Shown here piece after piece: positions 1 through 10,145 of a DNA stretch of 64,000 nucleotides; positions within the stretch are counted from its first letter, which is position 1; each line of letters opens with the position of its first letter. The position numbers and the translations under genes are program-made. The notes beneath the pieces were generated by a model. That model had not been told where the DNA came from. It did no database searches and saw nothing but the letters and a program-made list of their open reading frames with translations. The stretch is from an uncultured Planctomycetales bacterium (GTDB taxonomy: Bacteria > Omnitrophota > Gorgyraeia > Zapsychrales > JANLHA01). The stretch lies in NCBI GenBank assembly GCA_964489065.1, contig CAZAXH010000005.1:26094-90093 (forward strand). The letters run 5' to 3'.

Positions 1-1
1 G

Positions 2-244
2 GGGAGCCACGTTGAGTATAACAACCGGCAGCCCGTTGCCCAGTCGAATCGTCCGTCAACCGCGTCTGCCAGTATTCAGCAGAAAAATTACACTGTTCAG
101 GACACCAGAGCCATGCTGGATAGCGCCGCAGAACGCAATTCGGACATCACCACCCAGGCCAGGGAACAAATGCAGCGGCTTAGGGACAAGGCCAGGGATC
201 AAGGTTTTTATGACCGTGCTTTTCCGTCGTCTTTATACCGGTAA
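2..244 (+). CDS. 3' end of an upstream gene (partial CDS); hypothetical Q/R/D-rich C-terminal tail
   Basis: Frame 2 is open from the window edge to TAA at 242-244 (...DITTQAREQMQRLRDKARDQGFYDRAFPSSLYR*). It reads like a protein tail, unlike the Pro/Arg-rich frame-3 ORF 12..347 in the track. Confidence 0.3.
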   Translation, partial: GSHVEYNNRQPVAQSNRPSTASASIQQKNYTVQDTRAMLDSAAERNSDITTQAREQMQRLRDKARDQGFYDRAFPSSLYR

Positions 245-376
245 TATTTTTGTTCAAAAGGCCAGGAAACAGATATCTCGCGGCGGGGCGGAAGCCATAA
301 TCAGCCGGCTGTCTTCGAATATGGGGCCAAGCCGTCCTGCAGCATAATCAGGGGCTTCTGCGGAGAAAGTTTAGGA

Positions 377-994
377 ATGAAAAATAAAATAATTATTTTC
401 TTTGTGATGATTATCCTGTCCTCTTTATTTATCCTGGGGGTTGTTTTTTATAATCACCATAGGTTGGCTTTGCACAAGCCGCTTAGAATGATGGGGATGA
501 GCCGTGACGAATACCAGGCGTATCAGTTGGAACACCAACAGCTTCTTTTTGAAAATGAGCGTTTGGTCAGACAGTTGCAGGCGCTGGAGCAGGCCGCGGC
601 CCGTCAGGGACTCTGGCTGAGCAAGGTGAAAGAAGAAAATTTGCATCTGCGGGATAAAATTCTGCTTATGGACCGGCTTTCCCGTCTGCAACAATCTGTT
701 GCTCAATTGCGAGAACAGGAAAGCCGGGAGAGGGAGGCCCGGGAGAAAAAAACGGCCGATCCGGATGCGCCCTCCGGGACGCTTTCTTGGGCGACCCTGG
801 AGGAAGCGAGGACCGCGCTGGAAAAAGCGAAAATCAAAATCCAGTCTGTGCGGGAAAAAATGGATATCCTTATCAGCGAGGACGAGGGAGAGCGGCTTGC
901 CGATCAGGAAGAGACGGAGCGGGTGCAAGCCCTTTCTGGGAATAAAGGGTATCTTCTTATGAATCGTCCTTCGCTAGCCGAGGAGGCGCTGTAG
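377..994 (+). CDS. Hypothetical membrane-anchored coiled-coil protein
   Basis: The N-terminal hydrophobic segment IIIFFVMIILSSLFILGVVFY is followed by about 170 aa of heptad-like Q/E/R/L-rich sequence. No enzymatic motif is visible. Confidence 0.5.
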   Translation: MKNKIIIFFVMIILSSLFILGVVFYNHHRLALHKPLRMMGMSRDEYQAYQLEHQQLLFENERLVRQLQALEQAAARQGLWLSKVKEENLHLRDKILLMDRLSRLQQSVAQLREQESREREAREKKTADPDAPSGTLSWATLEEARTALEKAKIKIQSVREKMDILISEDEGERLADQEETERVQALSGNKGYLLMNRPSLAEEAL

Positions 995-1036
995 TTTTCC
1001 CCGGATACGGTTATCAATCTGTCAAGCAAAAAGGCT

Positions 1037-1792
1037 ATGGCCACGGAACGGCTTCAAACCATCGACACCAAAGCCGGTGTCATCCCGTATACTCTGTCCC
1101 GCTCTTCCCGGAGAAGGACGATCGGGATCACCGTTTCTGACCGTCTGCAGGTCCGGGTGGCCGCTCCCCGGTCGGTCTTGTTGAAGGACATCCATAATTT
1201 TATTTTTGAGAAAGCCGATTGGATTGTCAACGCGTTGAATGACATGCGTCGTCAACAGGCCGCCTTGCCTCAAAAAGCATTTCAGCCTGGGACGACCTTT
1301 TTTTTCCTCGGCAGGGAGTATCCTTTGTGCGTGCAGTCTGCAGACCGGAAGCGTCCGGGCATATTTTTCGACGGCTGTCAGTGGCGGGTCCGCCTCTCCT
1401 CAGGCCTTCCCGGCCCTGTGCAGGCCGAAGTCATTAAACAGCAGCTCGTGAAATGGTACCGCCGGGAGGCGGAAGAAATTCTCGGGAGCCGTCTGTTTCA
1501 TCTTTCCCGTTTGACCGGCCTGACTCCCAGGAAAATAGCCGTGCGGGCCCACCGGCGCATTTGGGGCAATTGTCACTACCGGACGCAGACGATTCATTTA
1601 AACTGGCAGTTGGTTTTTTTCCCCTTGGCGGTTATTGATTATGTGCTTGTCCATGAGCTCAGTCACCTGGAGATCCCTAACCATTCCCCAAAATTCTGGA
1701 AGAGGGTTGAGCGCATACTGCCGGATTACAGACAGCACCGCCAGTGGTTAAAAGCGAACGCGCCCCGCATGGCTCTCCCCTCGCTGGTTTAA
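1037..1792 (+). CDS. YgjP-like metal-dependent hydrolase (DUF45/WLM family)
   Basis: A zinc-metalloprotease-type motif, YVLVHELSHLEIPNHSPKFW, sits near the C-terminus. Length and architecture are typical of YgjP/DUF45. Confidence 0.7.
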   Translation: MATERLQTIDTKAGVIPYTLSRSSRRRTIGITVSDRLQVRVAAPRSVLLKDIHNFIFEKADWIVNALNDMRRQQAALPQKAFQPGTTFFFLGREYPLCVQSADRKRPGIFFDGCQWRVRLSSGLPGPVQAEVIKQQLVKWYRREAEEILGSRLFHLSRLTGLTPRKIAVRAHRRIWGNCHYRTQTIHLNWQLVFFPLAVIDYVLVHELSHLEIPNHSPKFWKRVERILPDYRQHRQWLKANAPRMALPSLV

Positions 1793-1842
1793 ACTGCGGC
1801 GTGTTTCTTGAGGATTTTAAGTAAACGTAAAAGGAGGATTGC

Positions 1843-2436
1843 ATGAAGTTTTTAATTGTTTACGGACATCCATACCCCCGGAGTTTCAACCATGCGATTA
1901 TGGAAACCTTCCGGGACCGGGTCAAAGAGAACGGGCAGGACGTGGTTGTTCGGGACCTGTATGCCATCCGTTTTGACCCCGTTTTGAAAGCGGAGGAACT
2001 GGAGGGCTTTAAAAAGGATGTTTATCCCGAAGATATCCGCCGGGAACAGGATTATGTCAGATGGGCGGACACGTTTGTCGTTATCAGCCCGGTCTGGTGG
2101 GGGGGGCTGACATCCATTACGCGGGGATACTTTGACCGCGTCTTCAGCCTGAACTTCGCGTACCGGGAAACGGCTGCCGGCCCGCAGGGATTATTGAACG
2201 GCAAGAGAGGATATTTGATTAATACGATTGGCGCTCCGATCCCTGTTTATGAACAGGCCGGCCTTATCGGGAGCATGAAGAAAACAATCGGAGACATCGT
2301 TTTTGATTTTTGTTCGATCACGCTCGCGGGCCATAAATTTTTCGGGGCTGTCGGGAGTTGTTCCGATGCCGAGCGCAAGGGCATGCTGGAGGAAGTCCGC
2401 GGAATCGCCGATGATTTAAGCGGGATAACCGGATGA
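1843..2436 (+). CDS. Flavodoxin-like NAD(P)H dehydrogenase (quinone) family protein (Flavodoxin_2/MdaB-KefG-like)
   Basis: N-terminus MKFLIVYGHPYPRSFNHAIMETF and an internal segment VVISPVWWGGLTSITRGYFDRVF are typical of FMN-dependent NAD(P)H:quinone reductases. AAGGAGG lies 6 nt upstream of the ATG. Confidence 0.7.
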   Translation: MKFLIVYGHPYPRSFNHAIMETFRDRVKENGQDVVVRDLYAIRFDPVLKAEELEGFKKDVYPEDIRREQDYVRWADTFVVISPVWWGGLTSITRGYFDRVFSLNFAYRETAAGPQGLLNGKRGYLINTIGAPIPVYEQAGLIGSMKKTIGDIVFDFCSITLAGHKFFGAVGSCSDAERKGMLEEVRGIADDLSGITG

Positions 2437-2642
2437 CCGCACTGATAGGGAGGAAGTCGTTTTTTTCCGACGCAGCCGTGCCGTGGGGGATGGGTTCTCT
2501 GATGCCCGGCCCCCGGGAAAGCCCCTGTCTTGTGCCGGGCTCCATGGGCCGTGGTTCTTTAAGGGCGGGGAAGAAACAAGAATTTTTAAATAACTATTTG
2601 CATCAGAGTGATTTAATGTAAAATAAATCAAGGAGTTGATTT

Positions 2643-3032
2643 ATGCAGGGAAAAAAGATCCTCATTGTTGACGATGATCCGGAAGTCCTGGAAATCCTTG
2701 AAAGAAAGTTGAAACTCGAGGGATTTGAGGTCGTTACAGCCGCGGAAGGACAGGTGGCGGTTGAACGGGCCGTTAAAGAGCGTCCGGATTTGATCCTGTT
2801 GGATATCGTGCTTCCGGATATTGATGGGTCTGAAGTGGTTCAGCGTATCCTCGCGCATCCTTTTATTGAAAGAAAGATCCCGGTTTTGTTCCTGTCCGGC
2901 ATTGTCACCGGGGAGGAACGGAACAAATACATGGAGCTTACGGTCGGCGGCCAGACTTATCCAGCCCTCCCTAAACCTGTCACCATCACAGACCTGCTGC
3001 AAGGAATCCGCGGCCTCCTCCCGGCATCATGA
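2643..3032 (+). CDS. Stand-alone response regulator receiver (CheY-like) protein
   Basis: KILIVDDDPEVLEIL...DLILLDIVLPDIDG carries the phospho-acceptor Asp context of REC domains. It is only 129 aa and has no output domain. Confidence 0.75.
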   Translation: MQGKKILIVDDDPEVLEILERKLKLEGFEVVTAAEGQVAVERAVKERPDLILLDIVLPDIDGSEVVQRILAHPFIERKIPVLFLSGIVTGEERNKYMELTVGGQTYPALPKPVTITDLLQGIRGLLPAS

Positions 3033-3062
3033 CCCCGGCCTGGAGTTGAGTTTTTTTAGAAT

Positions 3063-3290
3063 TTGAATGCGATGATTATTAACATAAAAGTGATTCCCGG
3101 CGCTAAAAAGAACCTGGTCAAAGAAGAGGACCGCCAGTTCAAGGTTTATCTTACGGCGCCACCGGTTGATGGCAAAGCCAACGACGCTCTGGTGGACGTC
3201 CTCTCGGGGCATTTTCATGTTCGCCCAAAGCAGGTTCGGATTATAAAAGGATTGAAATCGAGGCATAAAACCATTATGATAGACAATTAA
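3063..3290 (+). CDS. DUF167/YggU family protein
   Basis: A 75-aa protein with the KVIPGAKKN...VYLTAPPVDGKANDALVDVLSGHF pattern characteristic of the UPF0235/YggU family. Confidence 0.6.
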   Translation: MNAMIINIKVIPGAKKNLVKEEDRQFKVYLTAPPVDGKANDALVDVLSGHFHVRPKQVRIIKGLKSRHKTIMIDN

Positions 3291-3353
3291 ACTTGTTGCC
3301 GGGTTCAATGTCATCAGGGGGAAGCCCCTGACAAGCCAGAGCAGGAGGGGTGT

Positions 3354-3803
3354 ATGTTAGCAGACACGATCAGCCGGGACTATATTCAGGCTATGAAACA
3401 GAAAGAAAGCGTAAAGGTGTCCACTCTGTCTTTTTTACGGGCCCAGATGAAGAATGTGCAGATCGATTTGAAGGTGGATAAACTGACGGATGAGCAGGTT
3501 CAGGATGTCATTAAAAAGCAGGTGAAACAGCGGCGGGATTCCATCGCCCAATATGAAAAGGGCGGCCGGCCGGAATTGGCCGATAAGGAAACGCAGGAAA
3601 TGAACATTCTTCTGGCGTATTTGCCCGCGCAGTTAGGGGAGGAGCAGTTACGGCCGGTTGTGCAGGAGTCGATACGGGTGACGGGGGCCCAGGGGATGAA
3701 GGATATGGGGCGGGTGATGAAAGAGGTTTTGTCCCGGGTCGGTGACGGCGCCGATAACCGTTTGGTCAGCGAACTGGTTAAGAAAGAATTATCGGAGTTG
3801 TAA
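3354..3803 (+). CDS. GatB/YqeY domain protein
   Basis: ISRDYIQAMKQKESVKVSTLSFLRAQMKN... and LLAYLPAQLGEEQL are typical of the YqeY family. Size is 149 aa. Confidence 0.7.
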   Translation: MLADTISRDYIQAMKQKESVKVSTLSFLRAQMKNVQIDLKVDKLTDEQVQDVIKKQVKQRRDSIAQYEKGGRPELADKETQEMNILLAYLPAQLGEEQLRPVVQESIRVTGAQGMKDMGRVMKEVLSRVGDGADNRLVSELVKKELSEL

Positions 3804-3814
3804 GCGAGGGCGCA

Positions 3815-4605
3815 TGAAAAGTAAAGCGCGTGGCAAGACGTTTCGTTTTTTTGGGGTCTTTGTGTTGGTGGGGGTTTTAGCCGCTGGATGGCTGTGGCTC
3901 GACCGCCACTACACCGTCCCCATTATTATGTATCATAATATTGAGCCGAATCCGGCCGGGAAGGCGGATACCGTCAGTCCGGAAATATTCCTCCGGCAAA
4001 TGGATTTTCTAAAAACGCGCGGCTACCGGGTAATTTCCCTGGATGATCTTGTCCGGGGCATCCAAGCCGGACATCCGCCCGGGAGAAAATCCGTGGTTTT
4101 GACTTTTGACGACGGGTACGAAAATAATTATACGAATGTGTTCCCGCTGTTGAAAAGATACGGGTTCCCCGCCATGATTTTTATTTCCCCGGATTTCTTC
4201 GGGGAGGTCGGTTTCCTGTCTTTAGAGCAGATTTTGGATATGCAGAAGGCCGGCGTTCAATTCGGAAGCCACGGCATGTCCCAGGCGTATTTGCCTGATC
4301 TCCCCGATGACCAGCGGTATCTGGAAGTCTGGGAGAGCCGACGGATTCTTATGGCAGATCTTAACACCAATGTGGATTATTTCTGCTATCCTGTCGGCGG
4401 GTTTAATGACAGGATTAAAGACCTTGTTCGCCGGGCGGGATATCAGGGCGCCCTGGCCACAAACCGCGGCTACGACCGTTTTAACCAGGATGTATATGAA
4501 TTAAAACGCATCCGGTTTAGCGATAAAGATAAGTCACCCATTGTGCTCTGGGCGAAACTTTCCGGGTATTACAACCTTTTTAGAAAATTAAAAAATCCGG
4601 AATAG
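3815..4605 (+). CDS. Polysaccharide deacetylase (NodB-homology domain) with N-terminal membrane anchor
   Basis: An N-terminal TM segment FRFFGVFVLVGVLAAGWLWL is followed by the NodB motif VVLTFDDGYENNYTNVFPLLKRYGFPAMIF. The track ORF (3742) starts inside the upstream gene; the ATG at 3815 is the first start after the yqeY stop. Confidence 0.7.
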
Positions 4606-4657
4606 CCTTTTTACATCATAAAGGACGTCCGGCCTCAGGCAAGGAGAGAAAGGACTG

Positions 4658-7600
4658 ATGAAAAAAAAGACGGCCAAGAAAACAACGGCCTCACCGTATC
4701 GTTTCACGGAAGACGAAGGGTTTGTGATCCAACAGTATAATCAGGCCAAGCCTTTCAGTAATTTTTTCCCGGGAATCGCCGGGCTTTGGGGGATTCCGAT
4801 GTGGGTGTTCTACGTGAACCGGGGGCAGGGCATTTCCAGTCTTGGTATTGAGAGCAAAGATAAAGCGGTCCTGGAATTCCTCCCGGCCAATAAGGCGTAC
4901 CGCTTAACCTCGCTTCAGGGGTTCCGGACATTTTTGAAAATTTTTTCTGGAGCCAAGTCCTGCCTTTGGGAGCCGTTTCAGGACGGGGCTGGCCTTAGGA
5001 CCCGCCAAACGATGAAGATCCGCGCGCATGACCTGACCCTTGAAGATGTCCATCCCGGTTTGGGGTTGCGCGTTACGGTCAATTATTTCACGGTAGCTTC
5101 TGAAAATTATCCGGCGCTGGTCCGCCGGGTCAGCTTGGAGAACATGTCCCGTAAAAATATGCGGATCGAATGCGTGGACGGCCTGCCACTGATTATGCCG
5201 TACGGGATGCGGGATTGGGCGCTCAAAAATATGTCGCGGACCGTGGAAGCCTGGGTGAGGGTGAACAACCTTAAACACAAAGCTCCGTATTATCACTTGA
5301 ATGTCGAGGTGGCGGATTCTCCGCAGGTTCAGCATATTACAGAAGGCCATTTTTATTTTTGTTTTGCCGAAGGCGTGCCGAAACCGGTTTTATTGGACCC
5401 GATTGTGGATCCGGCAGTGGTGTTCGGTTCCAATCTGGATTATGTTTATCCGCACGGGTTTTATGGGCAGAAAAAATTTGAAATCCCGGATGTGCAGCAC
5501 ACGAGCAACCGCACCCCTTCAGCGATGAGCTATGGGGCACTTTCTCTTCCGGCGGGCCGGTCCCGGACCCTCACCGCTTTGATCGGATACGCCTCCAGTG
5601 AGAAGCAGCTCGCTCGGATCGTGCGCCAGGCAACGGCCCAGGGATTTGTGGAAAAGAAAGCCGCTGATAATAAAGCGGTGGTGGATGAGGTCAAACAGTA
5701 CGTGTGGATGAGCAGCGCTTCCCCCGACCTGGATCAGTATGTCGGGCAGACGTTCCTGGATAATGTTCTGCGGGGCGGATTGCCGGTTTCCTTGCCGACA
5801 GCGGAGGGGAACGAGGTCTTCAATGTCTACAGCCGCAAGCATGGCGACCCGGAACGGGATTATAATTATTTTGTGTTGTCTCCCAGCTATTTTTCGCAGG
5901 GGAATGGAAATTACCGCGACGTCAATCAAAACCGCCGGACTGACGTGTGGTTTAACCGGGATGTGAAGGACACGCATATTTTTACCTTTCTTAATTTAAT
6001 TCAGGCGGACGGGTATAATCCCCTGGTCGTCAAAGGGCTGTCGTATGCGATCGCCAAGCCGGATAAACTCAAAGGTGTTTTAAAGAATTGCCTGAAAACT
6101 CCCGCCCGGGATATGCCGGGACTGGAAGCGTTTTTGCAGGAGAGTTTTCAGCCGGGCCAACTGCTTAAAATGATCGTGGATAATGATGTCAGGCTGAGCG
6201 TCGCCCCGGCTGCTTTCCTCGGGGAAATCTTGAGCTTGTGTCAGAAAAACGAGCTCGCCGACCACGGGGAAGGATTCTGGATCGATCATTGGACATATAA
6301 TCTGGACCTGATAGAGAGCTATTTGTCGGTTTACCCGGAAGCTTTAAGGCCGTTGCTGTGGGACAAAAAGGGCTTCAGCTTCTTTTTAAACACGCACTAT
6401 GTTTTGCCCCGTGGGCAGCGGTTCCTTTTGACGCCCCAGGGGGTCCGGCAGTACCACGCGGTCTATAATGATATTAAAAATATTGACGCCGCCGCGAAAG
6501 GGTATAAGCTGCGGGTTCAGGACGGGGAGGGGGATGTTTATTACACCAGTCTTTTTTCAAAGCTGCTTTGTCTTGTCGCGAATAAGTCGGCGACCTTTGA
6601 CCCCAGCGGGATCGGCATTGAAATGGAAGCGGATAAGCCGGGATGGTATGACGCCTTAAACGGGCTGCCCGGACTGATGGGGTCTTCGGTTTGTGAAACC
6701 TTGGAACTCAAACGGCTTTGTCTTTTTCTTGCGAATTCTCTCGACCAGCTGTGTCTTGAGGAAGGAGAAACCTTGTGGGTTTTTGCGGAACTGGGGAATT
6801 TTATCCGTGAACTGCAGGCTCTTTTCACGGGAGAAGACGACCCCCTGCAATTGTGGCACCGGGGCAATGATATCAAGGAACATTACCGGTCGCGGATCCG
6901 CAAAGGGATCGAGGGCGGGGAACATGAATTCAGCGTCGGCCAGATTCGTGTTTTTTTATCTGCGGTTATCAATCGGGTTGACCGGGCCGTGGCTTTAGCG
7001 GCCCCGGGAGAGGAACTCCTGCCAACCTATTTTTATCATGAAGTGACGGATTACGCTCAGCTTGAAAAGACGCATCAGGAGTGGCATTATGTCATGCCGG
7101 TGAATTTCCGCCGTCACGCCCTGCCACTTTTTCTGGAAGGGTTTGTTCACTTGCTGCGGGTTGAGCCGGGTCAGGAGCAAGCCCGGACGTTATACCGGAA
7201 ACTGCGAAAGAGCCCGCTTTATGACAGGAAGCTGAAGATGTATAAAGTCAACGCCGATCTTTCCGGGGAAAGCGAAGAGATCGGCCGCACGCGGATTTTC
7301 CCTCCAGGGTGGCTGGAGAACGAATCGATTTGGCTGCACATGGAGTACAAATATTGCCTGGAGCTTTTGCGCAACGGTTTGTATGATGAATTTTATGAAA
7401 CCTTCCGGGATATCCTGATCCCGTTTCAGAACCCGGATCAATACGGACGCAGTCATCTGGAAAACAGTTCTTTTATCGTCAGCAGCGCTCATCCGGACGA
7501 ATCCCTGCACGGGCAGGGATTCGTGGCCCGGTTATCGGGCAGCACGGCGGAATTCATTCAGATGTGGCTCTGGATGTGCGCCGGCCGTCAGCCGTTTTAT

Positions 7601-7948
7601 GTGGATGAGAACCGGGAATTGAACCTGGAGCTTAAGCCCATATTGCCGGCCTGGCTTTTCAACCCGGAAGCCACCGCGAAGGAGTACGGCCCTCCCGGCA
7701 GCCGGCAACTTGAGACAATCCCTGCTGGCGGGTTTGCTTTTAACCTCCGGGGGCACACGCTTACGGTTTACCATAATCCTAAGATGAAAGGCACTTTTGG
7801 GGCAGACCCCGCCGTCATCCGGGATATGACTCTTCAGTATTACGGCCGGAAAGGCTTTATCGAGATCGAGGGCCCGGTCATTCCTGCCCCTTATGCCGAA
7901 GATGTGAGAGACCATAAAATCAGGCGTATTGATGTTTTTTTTGATTAG
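4658..7948 (+). CDS. Large (1096 aa) conserved hypothetical protein; tentatively glycoside hydrolase/phosphorylase-like (GH94/GT36-like superfamily?)
   Basis: Long clean ORF with GGAGAG 8 nt upstream. The N-terminal pattern FVIQQYNQAKPFSNFFPGIAGLWGIPMWVFYVNRGQGISSLG resembles the N-terminus of cellobiose/chitobiose phosphorylases (…TP.PW.NYLG…), and there is a GFWIDHWTYNLD motif. The family assignment is a guess without a search. Confidence 0.3.
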   Translation: MKKKTAKKTTASPYRFTEDEGFVIQQYNQAKPFSNFFPGIAGLWGIPMWVFYVNRGQGISSLGIESKDKAVLEFLPANKAYRLTSLQGFRTFLKIFSGAKSCLWEPFQDGAGLRTRQTMKIRAHDLTLEDVHPGLGLRVTVNYFTVASENYPALVRRVSLENMSRKNMRIECVDGLPLIMPYGMRDWALKNMSRTVEAWVRVNNLKHKAPYYHLNVEVADSPQVQHITEGHFYFCFAEGVPKPVLLDPIVDPAVVFGSNLDYVYPHGFYGQKKFEIPDVQHTSNRTPSAMSYGALSLPAGRSRTLTALIGYASSEKQLARIVRQATAQGFVEKKAADNKAVVDEVKQYVWMSSASPDLDQYVGQTFLDNVLRGGLPVSLPTAEGNEVFNVYSRKHGDPERDYNYFVLSPSYFSQGNGNYRDVNQNRRTDVWFNRDVKDTHIFTFLNLIQADGYNPLVVKGLSYAIAKPDKLKGVLKNCLKTPARDMPGLEAFLQESFQPGQLLKMIVDNDVRLSVAPAAFLGEILSLCQKNELADHGEGFWIDHWTYNLDLIESYLSVYPEALRPLLWDKKGFSFFLNTHYVLPRGQRFLLTPQGVRQYHAVYNDIKNIDAAAKGYKLRVQDGEGDVYYTSLFSKLLCLVANKSATFDPSGIGIEMEADKPGWYDALNGLPGLMGSSVCETLELKRLCLFLANSLDQLCLEEGETLWVFAELGNFIRELQALFTGEDDPLQLWHRGNDIKEHYRSRIRKGIEGGEHEFSVGQIRVFLSAVINRVDRAVALAAPGEELLPTYFYHEVTDYAQLEKTHQEWHYVMPVNFRRHALPLFLEGFVHLLRVEPGQEQARTLYRKLRKSPLYDRKLKMYKVNADLSGESEEIGRTRIFPPGWLENESIWLHMEYKYCLELLRNGLYDEFYETFRDILIPFQNPDQYGRSHLENSSFIVSSAHPDESLHGQGFVARLSGSTAEFIQMWLWMCAGRQPFYVDENRELNLELKPILPAWLFNPEATAKEYGPPGSRQLETIPAGGFAFNLRGHTLTVYHNPKMKGTFGADPAVIRDMTLQYYGRKGFIEIEGPVIPAPYAEDVRDHKIRRIDVFFD

Positions 7949-7991
7949 GCGGGTTATCCCGGCGGTATCCGGCGTTTATCCATCACGGCTC

Positions 7992-8020
7992 TTGACAATA
8001 AAAGTTTGAATTATTAAAAT
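7992..8020 (+). promoter_or_regulatory. Candidate sigma70 promoter for the moxR-bat operon (TTGACA-17-TAAAAT), followed by a 5' UTR of about 180 nt
   Basis: TTGACA at 7992-7997, a 17-nt spacer, then TAAAAT at 8015-8020. The nearest downstream start is moxR at 8203. Confidence 0.45.
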
Positions 8021-8202
8021 AATATCCTGCCGAAATTTTGTCCTGTTTTTTCGAAAGCTGCGGCTTGGGAGTCCGGCGTACCTTTGAAACGGGATCCCGC
8101 CGGACTCAATGGACATCAACTGTGGTTTTCCCGTTCCGAAAAAGTTCATCTGTTTGGTCAGCAGCGTAGCCACATTTTTAAATTCGTGAGAGGAGGGGCT
8201 GG

Positions 8203-9199
8203 TATGACGGATAATAACATTGCCGCCATCAATGAAAAGGTGAAGAGGGAAAGCAGTTTTGTTGAAGCGATCCTGCTGGAGGTGGGGAAGGTGATCATCG
8301 GACAGCGGGACCTCCTGGAGAGACTGCTGGTCGGCTTGCTCGCCAATGGTCATATCCTGATTGAAGGGGTGCCGGGGTTGGCGAAAACGACCGCGGTCAA
8401 GACTCTTTCGGAAACGATTCGTACCAAATTCCAGCGGCTGCAGTTTACCCCCGACATGCTGCCCGCGGACCTGACGGGCACGCTTATTTATGACCAGCGG
8501 ACCGGGGATTTCTCCATAAAGAAAGGCCCGCTTTTCGCCAACATCATCCTGGCGGATGAAATCAACCGGGCGCCGGCCAAGGTGCAGAGCGCCCTGTTGG
8601 AGGCTATGCAGGAACGCCAGATCACGATCGGGGAAGAGACCCTGAAACTTGACGATCCGTTTTTGGTTTTGGCCACCCAGAACCCTATCGAACAGGAGGG
8701 GACGTATCCTTTGCCGGAGGCGCAGGTCGACCGCTTCATGCTGAAGGTTAAGATCGGGTACCCTTATAAAAGCGAAGAACTTAAGATTCTCAAACGGATG
8801 TCTTTCACCAGTCCGCAGCTTCATGTCCAGCAGGTTGTAACGCCTGCGGACATTATCCGGGCCCGCGCTGTTGTGGACGAGATTTACATGGATGAAAAAA
8901 TTGAACAGTATATCGTTAATCTTGTGGACGCCACCCGCAATCCCGGCGACTACAACATGCCGGAACTGAAAGGGCTCATCCAGTACGGCGCTTCCCCGCG
9001 GGCGACCATTAATCTGGCTTTGGCCTCCAAGGCGTACGCGTTTCTGCTGGGGCGCGGTTATGTGACCCCGCAGGACATTAAGACCATCGGGCTGGATGTC
9101 CTGCGCCATCGTGTTATCATCAGCTATGAAGCGGAAGCCGAAGAACAGACCTCCGAGGACATTATTAAGAAAATATTTGATGAAGTTGAAGTGCCTTAA
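8203..9199 (+). CDS. moxR: MoxR-family AAA+ ATPase
   Basis: Walker A LIEGVPGLAKTTAVK, the DEINRAPAKVQSALLEAMQE sensor region and the LATQNP motif are present. AGGAGGGG precedes the ATG at 8203. The track ORF starts earlier at 8084 without an RBS. Confidence 0.85.
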
Positions 9200-9210
9200 A
9201 GGAAGCAGCC

Positions 9211-10125
9211 ATGATCCCCAAGGAAGTATTGCAAAAAGTCCGGCGCATCCAGATCACTTCGTCCCGTCTGGTGAATGACATTTTCGCCGGCCAATATCAC
9301 AGCGTGTTCAAAGGGCAGGGCATTGAGTTTGATGAGGTCCGGGAGTATCAGTTGGGTGATGACATCCGGACGATCGATTGGAATGTCACGGCCCGCACGG
9401 GGAAGGCGCATGTCAAAAAATTTGTTGAGGAACGGGAATTGACCGTCATGATCTGCGTGGACGTTTCCATGTCCTGCCGTTTCGCCTCTGAGAACGCGCT
9501 GAAGGCCAAGCTGGCGGCGGAAATCGCGGCCGTACTGGCATTTTCGGCCATTCGCAACAAAGATAAAGTCGGCCTGATTATTTTTACGGATCATATTGAG
9601 AAATTTATGCCTCCCCGGAAAGGCGTTAAAAGCGTGCTGAAAGTTATCCGCGAAGTGCTGTATTTCTGCCCGCAGAGCCCGAGGACGGATATCGCCTGGG
9701 CGCTGGAATATTTGAGTAAGGTCACGAACCGCCGCAGCGTGGCTTTTCTTATTTCGGATTTCATGGATCAGGAATGCCTGTCCGGGGAAGAAATCCCGGC
9801 TGATTCCCGGCTTAGAAAGGCGCTCGCCATTGCCAATAAAAAGCATGATGTCATCGCCGTCACCCTTAATGACCGCCGGGAAGATGACGTTCCGGCCTGC
9901 GGGCTTCTGACCCTTGAAGACGCGGAAACCGGGGAAAGGATGGTTGTAGACACAACGAGCCCCGGTGTCCGGGCCCAATACCGCCGGCAAGCCGAGCAGC
10001 GATTGCGGGCCCGGGAAAAGCTTTTCCGTTCTGTCGGGATTGATCATGTCCCGGTTTCGACCGGGGTGCCGTACGCCAATGAGTTGGTGAGGTTTTTTTC
10101 CAGGCGGCGCAGGCGCTTAAAGTGA
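9211..10125 (+). CDS. DUF58 domain protein (MoxR-associated)
   Basis: REYQLGDDIRTIDWNVTARTGKAHVKKF is the DUF58 signature. It lies immediately downstream of moxR, as in Bat operons. Confidence 0.8.
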   Translation: MIPKEVLQKVRRIQITSSRLVNDIFAGQYHSVFKGQGIEFDEVREYQLGDDIRTIDWNVTARTGKAHVKKFVEERELTVMICVDVSMSCRFASENALKAKLAAEIAAVLAFSAIRNKDKVGLIIFTDHIEKFMPPRKGVKSVLKVIREVLYFCPQSPRTDIAWALEYLSKVTNRRSVAFLISDFMDQECLSGEEIPADSRLRKALAIANKKHDVIAVTLNDRREDDVPACGLLTLEDAETGERMVVDTTSPGVRAQYRRQAEQRLRAREKLFRSVGIDHVPVSTGVPYANELVRFFSRRRRRLK

Positions 10126-10145
10126 GGCTGCAATGCGGAAAATTC

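Noticed and set aside
12-347. 111-aa ORF at the left edge
   Set aside because: The translation is Pro/Arg/Gly-rich with no features. The overlapping frame-2 reading (2..244) looks like a genuine C-terminal tail with a stop, so frame 3 is probably noise.
7976-9109. 377-aa ORF on the minus strand
   Set aside because: It lies entirely antisense to moxR, which has Walker A/B motifs, an RBS and operon context. It is a typical GC-rich antisense open frame with no start context.
9196-10047. 283-aa minus-strand ORF
   Set aside because: Antisense to the DUF58 gene, whose RxIDWNVTAR signature is clear. Spurious.
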